Shown: positions 38,023 through 51,780, counted from the whole stretch's first letter. The stretch: 63,902 bases of DNA, filler included, from Octopus bimaculoides (GCF_001194135.2; 4 parts of 4 records of this genome joined end to end with filler, not necessarily neighbours in it); one strand, 5' to 3'. A program made the numbers and translations. The notes: generated by a model not told the origin, from the letters alone.

Positions 38023-38928
38023 CATATGTGTGTGTGTGTTTAAGTGTGCATGTTTTCAAAACGGTAAAATACTTACGTTTACTAGATTTTCAATTTATAG
38101 CCTCTTATGGACGGTTCAAGCTACATCTACAAAGATAGAAATGTTTTCATATACACACATGAACGCGCACGCACTCAAACACGCACACGCGCGCGCGCAC
38201 CGACTCACGGAAGTACGTGCTCATATCTCGGATGTGAGAAAATAGATAGACGGAGAAAGGAAAAAGAAAAAAGCACAATATACAGCAGAATTATGTGAAT
38301 AAATATAGATAAAGTGATATTGGAATCAATGTGGTAGATAAGTACGTGAATAACCATATTGATATTTCGATAGAAAGATACGTATAGTTAAACAAATATG
38401 TTTACTCTTTCTTGTAACCCGATAGAACACTTTAGCCTTTTGCGGAACAGTGAAATATTCAAGAATGGAATTTAGTCTCTTACTACAACGAACAATCTCG
38501 GAACTTTGGCATTTACATCGATATCCCAAACAAATAGCAACAATTTTGCCGTCTGTCAAAATATCGTTGAACTATTAACTGCAGATTTCCACCGATATGT
38601 CAAAGTTCACATGTATCGTGTATCCCGGACAAGAATCAAAATGTTATGAAACACGTTCATATATCATTGCTCACTTGCAATTGAATTACTCCGTTGCTAA
38701 TATTAATTACCTTGTCTTGTAGCGTTTGATATCATCAGAAAATCATATCTGTCACATGTCGACTGGAAGGTTAGAATCACGTTGAAAATTACTGAGAGAT
38801 GCCGACGCTCCGGTGTGTGCTGGCCTGGTGATTAGTATCAGCAAAGTTTTTCAATAACATACATGCATACATACACACATACATACATACATACATCATA
38901 CATACATACACACACACACATATATACA

Positions 38929-38999
<71 letters not shown>

Positions 39000-40489
39000 A
39001 CAGACACACAGATATACACACATGTGCACGCACACACATATATTCAAACATATGTATGTGTACATGTATGTGTGCATGTATATATATATTTGTATATATG
39101 TTCACATGCTCTCACTAACGTATACACACACATCCGCGTATGCACACATATATATTTATGAAATTTATAAATGTACGTGTATTGGTCTGTAATGTTGCTC
39201 TCGACCTATTGCCGCCAAAGAGATTGAATTGTATTATATGATATTATACAGATATTAATGCTACTATAAGTATATATAGATCTACTTTACTAGTTCAGGC
39301 TTCCGTTTCTTTTTAAAACTTAGAGAATCTGCAATTAACTCTAGTCACACAAAGCAGCGTCGGATGAAATATATGCATATACAATATTATTTGCCACATT
39401 CGTGCACACTCGGACGTGGGAGGCTCTTTTACCTGGGAAATAGTCGCGGGATAACCTTCTACTGGTAAACAGAATTTGTGAACTTGCATTGGGCAATGAA
39501 TGAATTCATCGAATCGTCGAATATATTCATTTCTGAGTTGTAATGCTTTATTGCCTCTGAATTCTGAATCAGCCTTTCACACCCCTATAAGAACGGGTTT
39601 TCTTATATATGACAAAATTAAACTACACTTGTTGATGAGCACGAACCATGACCAAGTTAGACTTAATTAATTAAAGTCACACAATGGTTCTGCAGCGAGA
39701 GGATTCTCCATGTCGTTGGGTATACGAATGTATCATAAATCGTTGTACCTGTATATATAATAACTTCTGTAATATGAGTCTCTTTGAGTTTTACTATTTC
39801 TCTGTTTATCTTTCCCTGAATGGCTGCCCGTGTCTCCGTTCTCCTTCTTTCGTCCTGTCTTTCCTTAACAACTTACTAATAAGTATCTACTTATGTATAT
39901 GTAACAATTTCTTCCTTTTTACGTGTAATAAGACATCTATATGAACACCTCTAGCAACAAACACTTTATTGAATCAAATAGCCGATGAAGTTTTGAAACG
40001 GGTGTAAAATTATACGATGCACTCTATTTCTCAATCGCTAAATATATTTTATGTTAACGTTTGTGTAACATTTTTCCTAACCATTTAAGCATGTTGACTG
40101 CACAGCATAATCGGAATTTGTAAACCAAAGATCTACTCCTGCAAAGAAATTATAAATGCAAACATCTTTCAAACAGGCACATTATTGCAATTATATCAGA
40201 ATGAAGCGGAGATACGTTGAGGGATCACAACAAACGCTTTGGTATCGACAGGAGTTATACAGCAATTACATGAAAACGTTTTAAGTATGGCAAACAGCTA
40301 AAATATACGAACATTTATTTTGAGAAATAGAAAGAAGTTCGTTTGCCTGTCCACATTCATTTAAGAATTGAGAAACCTCTTAGACATGGACATGTTTGAA
40401 AAAACAAGAATCTTATGGACATAAATATTTCATATACTGAAGATGTCGGCAATTGGAGGTAGAGGTGGGGGTGATGTCTGTGGTGAGGG

Positions 40490-40845
40490 AGACATGGGCG
40501 ATGACAACGACAGCGAGAACGACGAAGATGCTGACGATGAAGATAATGTTGATGATGGTGATGATGATGGTGATTGATGATGAGAATGATGATGACGATT
40601 ACAATAACATCAACGATGATGACGATGACGACGACCAGGAGGACTACGATGACAAGGACGACGACGATGGTAATGATGAATGATGATTGATGATGATGAT
40701 GATAAGGATGATGACGACGAGGATGATGATGGTGGTGACGATAATAATGATGATGATGATGATGATGATGATGACGATGATGACGCTGACGACGGCAACG
40801 ATGATGACGACGATGAAAATGACGACGACGACGATGATGGGGACA

Positions 40846-40878
<33 letters not shown>

Positions 40879-40880
40879 AA
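40490..40880. repeat. Long degenerate (GAT/GAC)n tract
   Basis: It produces poly-Asp/Met/Ser pseudo-ORFs 40453-40983. Confidence 0.9.
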
Positions 40881-41209
40881 TATGATGATAAAGACGTTGA
40901 TAAGGATAAAATATGGCGAAGCGGATAGACTGGTGAAGAGGACTGCTATTTACTCAATTTATTTGGACTTATATCTACTCTGATACAAAAACAAAACAAG
41001 CCAAACACAAATATATATTTTGGACATAAAATATGTATATCGCAGAAAGCCATCTCTCTCTCTTTCTTTCTCTCTGTCTCTCTTTCTCTCTATCTCCCTC
41101 TCTTTCTTTCTGTCTGTCTGTCTCTCTCTCTCACACATATATATAAATATACACACAGGAACACACACAAACATACACTGAAACACAGACACACACAGAC
41201 ACACACACA

Positions 41210-41242
<33 letters not shown>

Positions 41243-41899
41243 GCATAAGCACATATTCACACACACGAACACAAAGGGAAAAACATATGACATATACAAA
41301 CAGCAATGAAATGTATAGGCATGTGTGTGTATGTATATAACAAATGATATATAATTATGTGAAGATATGCACAAGCACACACACACATACACACACACAC
41401 ACATACACACACGTGCACACCCGCATACACTCGCACATACACACACACATGTATAAATTTATAATACAAGAAGATGTAATGTACAGAATTTAATCCAAAA
41501 CACAATAATTGCTTTTGTGCATTAACAGCTGTTAGTTGCTGGGTTTTCCAGACACACAAGGTCATATAAATATCGTACACAAATATGATCCAGCATAGCA
41601 CTCAGTCACTCACTTGATGACATGGGAGTACGAACTTATTGCTGGATCATGTATATAACAATATGTATAATATAGAATACTTAGCAACTAAGGGTTGTTA
41701 CTACTGCCCAAAAACACGTGAGATTTGGACTGAACTGTTTTCATTCCACCTTCTTATATTCTAATATTTTGTATGAATTTTGCGTACACTAATGTATTTA
41801 CACCTGTATATAAAACTTAGAACTTAGATAGAATTTTGATATGTTTCGACCTAAGATTGGTCCAGGCCGTGTCCAACTTAATAGCACCACCTGATAAGA

Positions 41900-42560
41900 T
41901 TATCTAAATCCTTTTCAGTTAAGTTCTGTGGCATCATGGTCCATTCGAGAAGAGGGTTCTTGTTGAGTGAGTTGTATCCAGGTATAGGTGGCTTATCTGG
42001 TATTGCTTGAAGAAATTTGTGCAGATTCCGTTTAAAGGTGATGGAATAATTTTCCTCTTTAATCTGCTTTGGGACAATGTTAAATAGGGCAAGGCCTGTT
42101 GAGGAAAAGAAATTCTGTTGCAGTACATTTACGGGTTGTGATCCTGAATTGTGTAGGAGAAGTATGGCCCGTGGTCCTATCCTTATATGAATTCTGAAGC
42201 TAATGCTGAGGTCGTTTGGGCAATGCTAGTGGTATATTCTCCACAGCGTGCAAATGATGTATCGCTCACAGTGGCGGTGGAGAGAGTAGAGTTTCAATGC
42301 TTTAAGGCGGTCCCAGTAATAGAGATCAGTGATGCCCTTAATTCGTTTAGTGAATGCCGTCTGGGGTGATTCAATTTTCGAGATGTTTTGTTTTGTGTGG
42401 GGAGACCACAAGGGGCAACAGTATCCGAGGTGTGTCTGTACAAAGGAAGAAAAAAGAAGACTGATGACACCTTGTTCTCTGGACCAAAAGATGGTTAGGA
42501 TCCAGGAGCTCATCCTACGAGCTATATCGACGCTGCATGAAAGCATATGGTAGCCGATGA
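41900..42560 (-). mobile_element. CR1-clade LINE 3' remnant (post-RT domain)
   Basis: ORF 42226-42546(-) reads SLLFSSFVQTHLGYCCPLWSPHTKQNISKIESPQTAFTKRIKGITDLYYWDRLKALKLYSLHRHCERY, matching the CR1-type LVRPHLEYCxxxWSP...LxLYSLxRRRER pattern. It continues to a PDKPPIPGYNS-like end. Confidence 0.85.
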
Positions 42561-42640
42561 CCGTAAAAAAACTTTGTAATACAGGTTATATGATTATTAC
42601 TCACATGGCATTAAATATCATGTGTTTATGTGCGTCTGTT

Positions 42641-42641
42641 T

Positions 42642-42737
<96 letters not shown>

Positions 42738-42738
42738 C
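42641..42738. repeat. (AG)n microsatellite
   Basis: Read directly from the sequence. Confidence 0.95.
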
Positions 42739-43894
42739 AGATACAAAAAAAAAACATCTCCAAGACACAGCGTTTAATAAAATATGATATATCCTTGTAG
42801 TACATGCTTTTTGTTTTTCGTACAATCATACGACCACATATTCTGTAAGTATTGTATGACTTTGTTTCATTACAATTTATATAACAACTCTGCAATTGTA
42901 TACATGTACGTTTTGTCATATTAAGGATATTTTTTGTGTGTTTCTATCATGCCTTTTGCTGGTTTCCTATAGTATATAATAGGGATGACCTTTTGTAAAT
43001 ATCAAAATATCAATGCAGGTTACTTTAACATTTTCTTCAACATTATGTTGACAATTGAACAAAGTATGTACAATTGAGCATGCGCAGAAGACTATTTCGC
43101 AAACACACTTTGTCTGTTGTGTAGAATAATGTGAAATTCTGTGAGTAGTGAGTGCTTATGTAATATATGTATACGGCTATGNNNNNNNNNNNNNNNNNNN
43201 NNNNNNNNNNNNNNNNNNNNNNNNNNNNNNNNNNNNNNNNNNNNNNNNNNNNNNNNNNNNNNNNNNNNNNNNNNNNNNNNNNNNNNNNNNNNNNNNNNNN
43301 NNNNNNNNNNNNNNNNNNNNNNNNNNNNNNNNNNNNNNNNNNNNNNNNNNNNNNNNNNNNNNNNNNNNNNNNNNNNNNNNNNNNNNNNNNNNNNNNNNNN
43401 NNNNNNNNNNNNNNNNNNNNNNNNNNNNNNNNNNNNNNNNNNNNNNNNNNNNNNNNNNNNNNNNNNNNNNNNNNNNNNNNNNNNNNNNNNNNNNNNNNNN
43501 NNNNNNNNNNNNNNNNNNNNNNNNNNNNNNNNNNNNNNNNNNNNNNNNNNNNNNNNNNNNNNNNNNNNNNNNNNNNNNNNNNNNNNNNNNNNNNNNNNNN
43601 NNNNNNNNNNNNNNNNNNNNNNNNNNNNNNNNNNNNNNNNNNNNNNNNNNNNNNNNNNNNNNNNNNNNNNNNNNNNNNNNNNNNNNNNNNNNNNNNNNNN
43701 NNNNNNNNNNNNNNNNNNNNATATATATATATATATATATAATTATTAGGAAATCCAGGATAGTCAGAACTCAATACATGTATAGCAAAAATACCTGATG
43801 AGACCAGAGTGCCATTCAAATTACTCTCGGAACATGTGTCCGTTTAGCACTCCCGCCGACGAAAATAATAATAGTATCAATGATAATAATAATG

Positions 43895-44268
43895 CTGGAT
43901 CATATATATAGCATGCCCAGCTGACGACAAGGTATGCGATAATGAAGAAAGAAAAGTCGATAAATACGACAGGTTAGCTTGGGAATTTAAGCAGTTGTGG
44001 TCGATGAAAAAGGTGGTAGTCGGAGCCCTGGGAACAGTGAGTAAAAATCTTGAGAAGCACATGGAAGAAATAGGGTCTACAATAAGGGTGGAGGACTTTC
44101 AGAAAACAGCACCACTTGTAACTGCTCGAATACTCTGGATGGTGCCCGAAAAATAAGGGGTGTTACCTTAGTTCACTGGTAGGGAACAGCGGGGGCACCG
44201 CAGTACATCTCCAACGAAGGAAACCGTGCAAAGACAATTAAGTAATAATAATAATAATGATAATAATG

Positions 44269-44325
<57 letters not shown>
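43895..44325 (+). mobile_element. 3' end of an R4/Dong-like LINE: RLE domain C-terminus, 3'UTR and (TAA)n tail
   Basis: 43908-44156 translates without stops as IACPADDKVCDNEERKVDKYDRLAWEFKQLWSMKKVVVGALGTVSKNLEKHMEEIG...FQKTAPLVTARILWMVPEK*. (TAA)n follows at ~44243-44325. Confidence 0.8.
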
Positions 44326-44329
<4 letters not shown>

Positions 44330-44635
44330 CAGAAAAAAGATGGTATAAACACACGCCAGAAAAAGTCACAGAAAACGAGAAAGNNNNNNNNNNNNNNNNN
44401 NNNNNNNNNNNNNNNNNNNNNNNNNNNNNNNNNNNNNNNNNNNNNNNNNNNNNNNNNNNNNNNNNNNNNNNNNNNNNNNNNNNNNNNNNNNNNNNNNNNN
44501 NNNNNNNNNNNNNNNNNNNNNNNNNNNNNNNNNNNNNNNNNNNNNNNNNNNNNNNNNNNNNNNNNNNNNNNNNNNNNNNNNNNNNNNNNNNNNNNNNNNN
44601 NNNNNNNNNNNNNNNNNNNNNNNNNNNNNNNNNNN

Positions 44636-44830
44636 AATATATATAACATACAGAAAATTGCACTACTGGGTACTGCACACATTCTACGGAAAACACATTC
44701 AATACAGTAAACATAAGAGCACCACAGCAAACCACAACACATACCCAAGGCGCACAGAGCTGCGCTCGATAGTGAAGTGGAAGCACGTTATAAAAATAAA
44801 ACTACTGAACAATAATAAGAATAATAATAA
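44636..44830 (+). mobile_element. 3' end of a second R4/Dong-like RLE LINE family with an (AAT)n tail
   Basis: NIQKIALLGTAHILRKTHSIQ* is a typical RLE-LINE ORF terminus. A short UTR and AAT repeats follow. The 5' side is lost in the N gap. Confidence 0.65.
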
Positions 44831-44831
44831 C

Positions 44832-46250
44832 ACAGGCTGGGTTAAATAAGCTCTCGAAGGATATATCTGTGTTAGACCGAAAAGAGAAGGGGAAGCTTAA
44901 AAGCGAAGAAAAACTACAGGGCACTGAACAGGAAGTATGGTATTGAAAGAAAGGGCCTCGAGGTAGTAATGGAGGAACTTCAAGAGCGCCTCGTTCCAAA
45001 GAAAGAAAAGATGGCAAGTTAAGATCAAAGAATGAAGGGATAACAGCAGAATAGGTTATTTAGTGTAGATGAGAAGAGATTCTACAAAGAAATAAATGGA
45101 GAGTGTACAGATGAAATGTTGATACCAGATGATATTGAAAGTCAAAGGTTTTGGAGTGACATCTGGAGCAAAGACAAGGAGCACAAGAAGGATGCTGAAT
45201 GGTTGCAAGAACTGAAACAAACAGTAGTGTGTCCAAAACACGCCGAACTAGTCATTTCAGTTTGGGAAGTGAAGGAAGTCAGCAAGAAAATGGGCAACTG
45301 GAAGGCCCCGAGACTAGATGGCGTTCAAGGGTACTGGATCAAAAGATTTGGTGAATGTCATTCACGAATAGCTGCGCAACTCAACACCAATGTTAAATGC
45401 CGACCAAGTAACACCAGAGTGGTTGACAATGGGTAGGACAGTGCTGTGCATGAAAAACATCGAAAAAGCAATACGGTAGACAATTATAGTCCGATATCTA
45501 GCTTGTTGCTTATGTGGAAATTATTGACTGGAATATTCGCAGAGTCAATGCACGGACATCTGGAGAAAATGCCAGAAGAGCAGAAAGGTTTCAAGCGTAA
45601 GTGGAGAAGTATCAAGGATCAGCTCCTGGTAGACAAAACTGTACTTAGAGACTGCAAGAGGAGATAAACTAACTTAGCCATATTGTGGATCGATTATCGT
45701 CAGGTGTAAGATTTGATCCCACTTTCTTGGATTAAGGAATGTATGAACCCATTTGGTATTGTATAGAAAGTTAAATGATTGTTTGGAAATAGCATGGTGA
45801 GGTGGATGACGGAACTGACAGCATATGGAAGAAGTTTAGGGACAATATAAATCAGGAGATGCATTTTCCAAGGGGACTGCCTTACCCCACTGATCTTTGT
45901 ACTGATTCTGAGGAGAACAATGGCTAGATGTATATTCAAAAGCCGCTAACAAAAGTCAACCACTTGTTATTCAGGGATGACCTCGAACTTTATGGCCCGA
46001 GCTCACTCGTTGATACGATGTATACCTTCAATGCTGATATAAGAACGGAGTTCGGACTGAAAAAGTGTGGTGTGTTAGTCTTTAAGAGAGGCAAAATCAA
46101 ATGTAAGGACGGGTTATCGATACTGTCGGGGGAAGTTTTAAAGCAGATAGAAGAGAACTTCTGGATATTAGAAATGGATAAATTGATGGAAAAAGAAATG
46201 AAAGAAAATTATAAGGTGTAGCACTTGCACAAACTGAAACTAATCCGAGT
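44832..46250 (+). mobile_element. Degenerate R4/Dong-clade reverse transcriptase (pre-RT region through RT core), several stops and frameshifts
   Basis: Motifs include [104 protein letters not shown] (YxDD-equivalent) and FGLKKCGVLVFKRGK. Confidence 0.9.
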
Positions 46251-47406
46251 TTTGTCCGTTGAAGTGACCGTTGTGGCAAGTTAGACAAGGAAGAACCTTC
46301 CTCAGATATATAGATGAAAGACTAAAAACTCAAGCTCTTTTCCAGTGACCTAGCCACACCAGATGCAGATAATATTGATGTCGGAGAAATGTCGGTAGAT
46401 TAAGGAGGAGTATTTGATAAGACCAAACGACAAGTTAGGGCTTTCAGGAGTGGGTTTATTATGCAAGGAGGTTGACATGAAAGGGCTATGCAATCGATCC
46501 AGCAGCTAAAAATAGTAGCCAAACAATCCTTAAATATTTTGTTGTATTTCGGCAGAGTCATTCTGCCCATGATAACCACACACATCGGTTCAATTTCATT
46601 CACTTCTTTATTATTTGTCAATTGATTAACTATTCAAGCAAATAGCAAGTCGATAGCCAATCAATCAATCAATCAATCAATCACCATACGCCACCTCTTC
46701 AATAATACGCCCTCCAGGTTAGCTTCTGGCCATTCACAACTGATTGATGATTGATCGGATGATAATTGAAGCAATTGATTAGTTAATTGGTTAAATATTT
46801 AACCAATTGACGAATTTGTAAAGAAGTGCAATAAGACCAGTGCATGTGTTTATTATTGGTATAATAGGACTCAGAAAATACAGCAATATATATTATAACA
46901 CACTCGTGGCTTCAAGAGTCTTGCAAACACAATACAAAAACAATATTTCCTTAAACCCCAGCATAAAAAGGGAATAACGCTCAAGCCAACGCAGTCCAGT
47001 TCATGGAAAGGAAACAATCTATGTTGGTTGCTGGACATAAGTCTTCTGGATCAAATCTAGTTTCAAGCACAAACCACAACTGCAACCATCTAAATGCATG
47101 TAAGACTTTTGATGAGTCTATCAGATTTGAATAATAAAAAATTTCTCTGCAAAATGCAATATATTGTTTCGTTTTTCTTTTCTTTTTTCTTTCTATAGTC
47201 TAAGTACCAATAACGATCATGCTTTTCACTCGAAACCAAATAGTCATCTGCTGAAAAAATATGTTAGCAACGAGCAAGTACTGTAAAAATTGTAATGTCA
47301 TGGACTTCGTATTATTACCAACATTAATTCACGAAAAGGAAAATATAGTAATAATAATAATGATGGTGATAACAACAACAGAAACAGAAACAACAACAAC
47401 AACAAC

Positions 47407-47447
<41 letters not shown>

Positions 47448-48120
47448 TAATAGGAAGACGATGAAGATGAAAAAAGAAAGTGTAACACACAAAGTTATGT
47501 TTACAAAGTTATGCGTTATCCGCTGATTAATGCTTTGGCAGTGTGTAATACATATACTCATGCAGTTAATGTTTTTCTCCTTCATACTTTGTCAAGTACT
47601 TGACAAGTTCATGCCATTTTAATATAGAGTTTTTCACGTTTATTTTCTTTTCTTTACAAAACATTTCACTTATTTTAGAGTGTAAATTGCTTCATTACCC
47701 CTATTTCACTCTTTTCAATTTTGTTTTCAGATTTGGTTAGTAATTTTTCATTACTTGTAGAAGTTTGTTACTTGACATTTCCATTATCATTCACATCTAA
47801 TCTCCTTTCTCTCTTGCCTTTCTCTCCATTTCTCTCTCCCTCTTCTCTCTCTCTTTTGCTCTCCTTCCTTCATATCCGTGTGACTCTGTCTTTCTTTCAG
47901 TTTGTTATTATTTGTTTGTCTCTCTTTCTCGAGCTGTTCCTTTACCAGTGTCTCTCTCACTCTCTGCATCTCTCAACCTGGCTTTTTGTTTCTGTCTGTC
48001 TGTCTCTGTCTCTCTCAGCTTCTGTTTTCCTACTTTCCTTTCTCCTTGTCTATCTCTGCCTTTGTTTCTCTCTGTCTCACTTTCACATTCCATCAGTTTC
48101 TCTCTTTCCTTCTCCCCCAC

Positions 48121-48188
<68 letters not shown>

Positions 48189-48218
48189 ATCTATTTATCT
48201 ATCTATCTATCTACCTAC

Positions 48219-48275
<57 letters not shown>

Positions 48276-48276
48276 C

Positions 48277-48313
<37 letters not shown>

Positions 48314-49313
48314 GCTATCTATCTATCTATCTATCGCTGACTCTTTCTCTCCGTCATCCCTCCGCCTTTCCATGTTGTCAAACGAAATAACTTCAAAATC
48401 TTTACAATTTCCAGCATTTTCTGTTCCGTTCCAGTCTCTTCCGCCACCCACTTCTTGTATTATTTGAAACATCTCTCTCCGTTACTTTCATTTTTATTAA
48501 TTGCTTTTATTATTATATCTTCTCAACAACACTAACAACAACAACAACAAGAACTACAACATAAATGCCGTAATCCACATTGACGAATACAACAAGAATA
48601 ATTCATTAATTTCTAAATGTTAACTTCATTTGGATAAATTCTCCAAAGGAAGGAGCCAACGATAACAGGAGGAGAAGGAGGAGGGAAGAAAACTCGCCAT
48701 GGAATATCGTAAACGGATTTCCATTGGAATAAAATCGTAGCGATTCCAGGGAAATTCAAGAGGTAAACAAGTCTAACATTTCCTTTATTAAATGACAAAG
48801 TGTCTGGCGACGGTTTCGACTGACAAATGCTCTACTTGTATGCACACAAACCTAATTGCTCATTATATTAAAGTGTGAGTAACGAATCGTTCTCCGAACT
48901 CGTATACTATTAAAGAATTAAAATGATTTAACATGAATCACTTCGATAGAAGTGCCTGTATGTATGGATATGTGACGGAGAGACTTGGAAGTATAATTTG
49001 ATTATCACTGATGAAAAGTAGGAAAAATGACATACAACGAGGAGTTAACTTTCATAACTGGCATAAGTGCATATTTGGTCGATTCTATGATAACCATTGA
49101 AACACAATCTGCATGCTGTTGTTTTCAGGCACGTGAAATTTTTTAGCGGTCAAACTGAAATGAAGGCCATATATACAGCAGCTGAATCTTAATCTAATCA
49201 TTGTCAGATATATTAAAGTTGTTTAAAATAATTACTCAAAAGTCATTCCGATGTATATATATGGTTTTGAATGTAAGCTCTTCATTATAATAATTATAAT
49301 TTACTTTTCAATG

Positions 49314-49612
49314 TGGAGGCGCGTGGCTCAGTAGTTAGGGCATTCGGCTCACGCTCGTGATTTTGATACCCGGTGGTGTGCACTGTGTCTCCTGAGCATG
49401 ATACTTTATTTCCGGTTGCTGCAGTCCACTCAAAGTAGAAGCTGTGTTTCAAACGGTCAGCTTTACCACATTCTGTGTGACGCTGTATCCCGTTAAAATA
49501 TTCGTGTTTGTAGAATGCTTAAGCCAGTTGCGCTTAATTTCACGAGCATTTCTGTTCCGTTAATCGGATCAAGTGTGATATTTCGCTGACGTAACCGACG
49601 GAGTAGCTAGTT
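49314..49612 (+). mobile_element. tRNA-headed SINE family C
   Basis: Head GGAGGCGCGTGGCTCAGTAGTTAGGG; tail AATTTCACGAGCA...GATCGGATCAA...GTAACCGACGGAGT. Other pieces lie at 22528-22630, 22648-22795, 57030-57252(-) and 58845-59145(+). Confidence 0.75.
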
Positions 49613-49643
49613 AGTTTTAATCAAATTTCTTGCTCTTTACATA

Positions 49644-50487
49644 AGAGGTCTGATCAATAAGTATCAGGACTGTTGCCAAAGTAACGAAGTTAAAGGACGG
49701 AATGTGAAGCCGCTTGGCAAAGAGAAAGCGTGAACTCCGCCGTGCATGCGCACAAAGATTTGCCGTTCTGGCTCACTTCCGCTGTTTACAGCAGTGATTT
49801 CAATGAAGGTGTATAGCCTCTGATCCTCTCAGGTACCATGACAGAGAAAGTTGTCATGGTGATAACTGTTCAGAAGCCTATGCATAGTTGCAGAAAGTGT
49901 ATGGAAAGGAGTGTATGAACCGCTCACATGTGTACGTGTCGTTCAAACGTTTCCAAGATGACCGAAAAAATGTCGATATTGACGAACGGTTATGAGACAC
50001 CCGCAACCAGTTGAACTGAGAAAAACATCACAGATATGCATGCAGCTGTGAGCCATGAGTTATTAGAGGATGTGCAGATTAGTTACGGTTCGGTTCAGTT
50101 AATTATCACTGAAGATTTGGGCATGAGACGCGTGTCTGCCAAGTTTGTGTCAAAACTGCTTTCAGCTGACTAAAAGAAACTCGGGTTTCAGTTACACAAG
50201 GTCTCTTTGGTTGTGTCGACCATGATGAAAACGTTTTGAAAACTTTGCGTGGGCCTCTGAGCAGGTATCGCCAAACCTTTGGGGAACCGTGATGCAGATT
50301 CTCTGCTCAACTTTCTCTGTCATTGTTAATGCGACGATCACACGCTACACACCTTACTTCCAAGCACTGCTGTAAACAGCGGAAGTAAGCACATGCACAA
50401 CAGATTTCAACGTCAATCTATGCCAAGCGGCTTCACTCACCATGCATTAGTTTCGTTACTACAGTCCTGATACTTATTGATCAGATC
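49644..50487 (+). mobile_element. Internally deleted mariner element with long imperfect TIRs and the transposase N-terminus
   Basis: A perfect 25-bp inverted match exists between 49649-49673 and 50461-50485, with further TIR blocks extending to 49796/50365 and TA at 49642-49643. The interior encodes LQKVYGKECMNRSHVYVSFKRFQDDRKNVDIDER and EDLGMRRVSAKFVSKLL (WVPxxL-motif region), with stops. Confidence 0.9.
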
Positions 50488-51190
50488 AGGGAAAATAATG
50501 AAAGGAATGTTAACTTTAAAACAAGAAAGTATTACCAGGGATTATAAAGATACAGATACAAGGTTAAGGGGAGGAGTTGAGAAGAGGGTCTGTCGTATAT
50601 ACAATAGCATTTGGTTATAATATATAAAATTTGTTAATTATATTCTCATTAAAATATTACAAAATAGGTACCATACAACATAGCTATAATACAGTTATTT
50701 TTATTATTGGCTTCAGTTACGCACGTGTTTTTTAAAATGCACTGGTATGCGTTTTTCTGATCGATGTGTTTGTACGGTGGTACATGTACCTTTTCACTGA
50801 AACCCAAGTAACTTGAATGCGCACTTGTGTGTGCATGTGTGTCGAGTTTCGTGACGTTAGTAAAGTTACAAAAGCGACTCAAGGCGACTTTGCGCGATGC
50901 ATCACATTGCATGTATATGTATGTATGCATGTATGCATGTATGCATGTATGTATGTATGTATGTATGTATGTATGTATGTATGTATGTATGTAGGACCTT
51001 GAACCAATATTACAAAGCAAGGAAACAGTATGAAGTTTCTATATTCTTGTTTTGCATTTTGTATCCAATTGAATTAATTTTACTTTATTTCTAATCAGGT
51101 GTTTTTACAGTTCCCCAATGGATTTTTTTCTTAATCGTGTTCTAATTGCATAAGCCCCTTACAGCATGTATGAGTGACAAACATGTGTTT

Positions 51191-51780
51191 GTATGTTAAA
51201 TTCAACTTACGTTGAAAGTCAACAAACCAAGTTTGCTTAGAAGTGTTGAGATGTATTGAAAGATACAGATAAAGAAATAATTTTATTCTCAAACGCAGGA
51301 TAATGCTAATAATATAGCATGAACAGGATAAAATACTTGACACGTAATCACAAAGATGTGAGTTCGAGACTCATCGGTGGCCTGGCCGCCGACAGATTTT
51401 TCTGCAACATATGGATAATTTATCCTGTTTATGCTATATTATTAGCATTATCCTGCGTTGGAGAATAAAATTAGTTCCTTATCTGTATCTTGCAATACAT
51501 CTCAATGCTTCTAAAGCAAACTTTGCTGACTTTCAACGAAAGTTGAATTTAATATACGATCGCGTCTTATAAAGCTAGATTTGTTTCGCCTAAATTTGCA
51601 GAAGAATTTGTCGTTAGGGCAGTTTAGCTTAATGGTAAAGCAATTGACGGGTAATCACAAGAATGTGAGTTCGAGACTTATGGCTGGTGACCGACAGATT
51701 TTATGCAAAATATGAATAGTTTATCCTGTTCATACTACATTATCCTGCATTTGAGAATAACATTATTTCCTTATATGTTT
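51191..51780 (+). mobile_element. SINE family E: fold-back copy (51191-51557) followed by a second copy with an intact tRNA head (~51616-51780)
   Basis: Arms 51191-51332 and 51419-51557 are reverse complements around a truncated head with B-box GAGTTCGAGAC. The second copy has TAGCTTAATGG (A-box-like) and GAGTTCGAGAC followed by the same body. Confidence 0.75.

Noticed and set aside
43790-43845. Hammerhead-like CTGATGAG...CTCGGAACATGTGTC
   Set aside because: The core GAAA is mutated to GGAA, and stems I and II do not pair convincingly. At best it is a dead PLE remnant.
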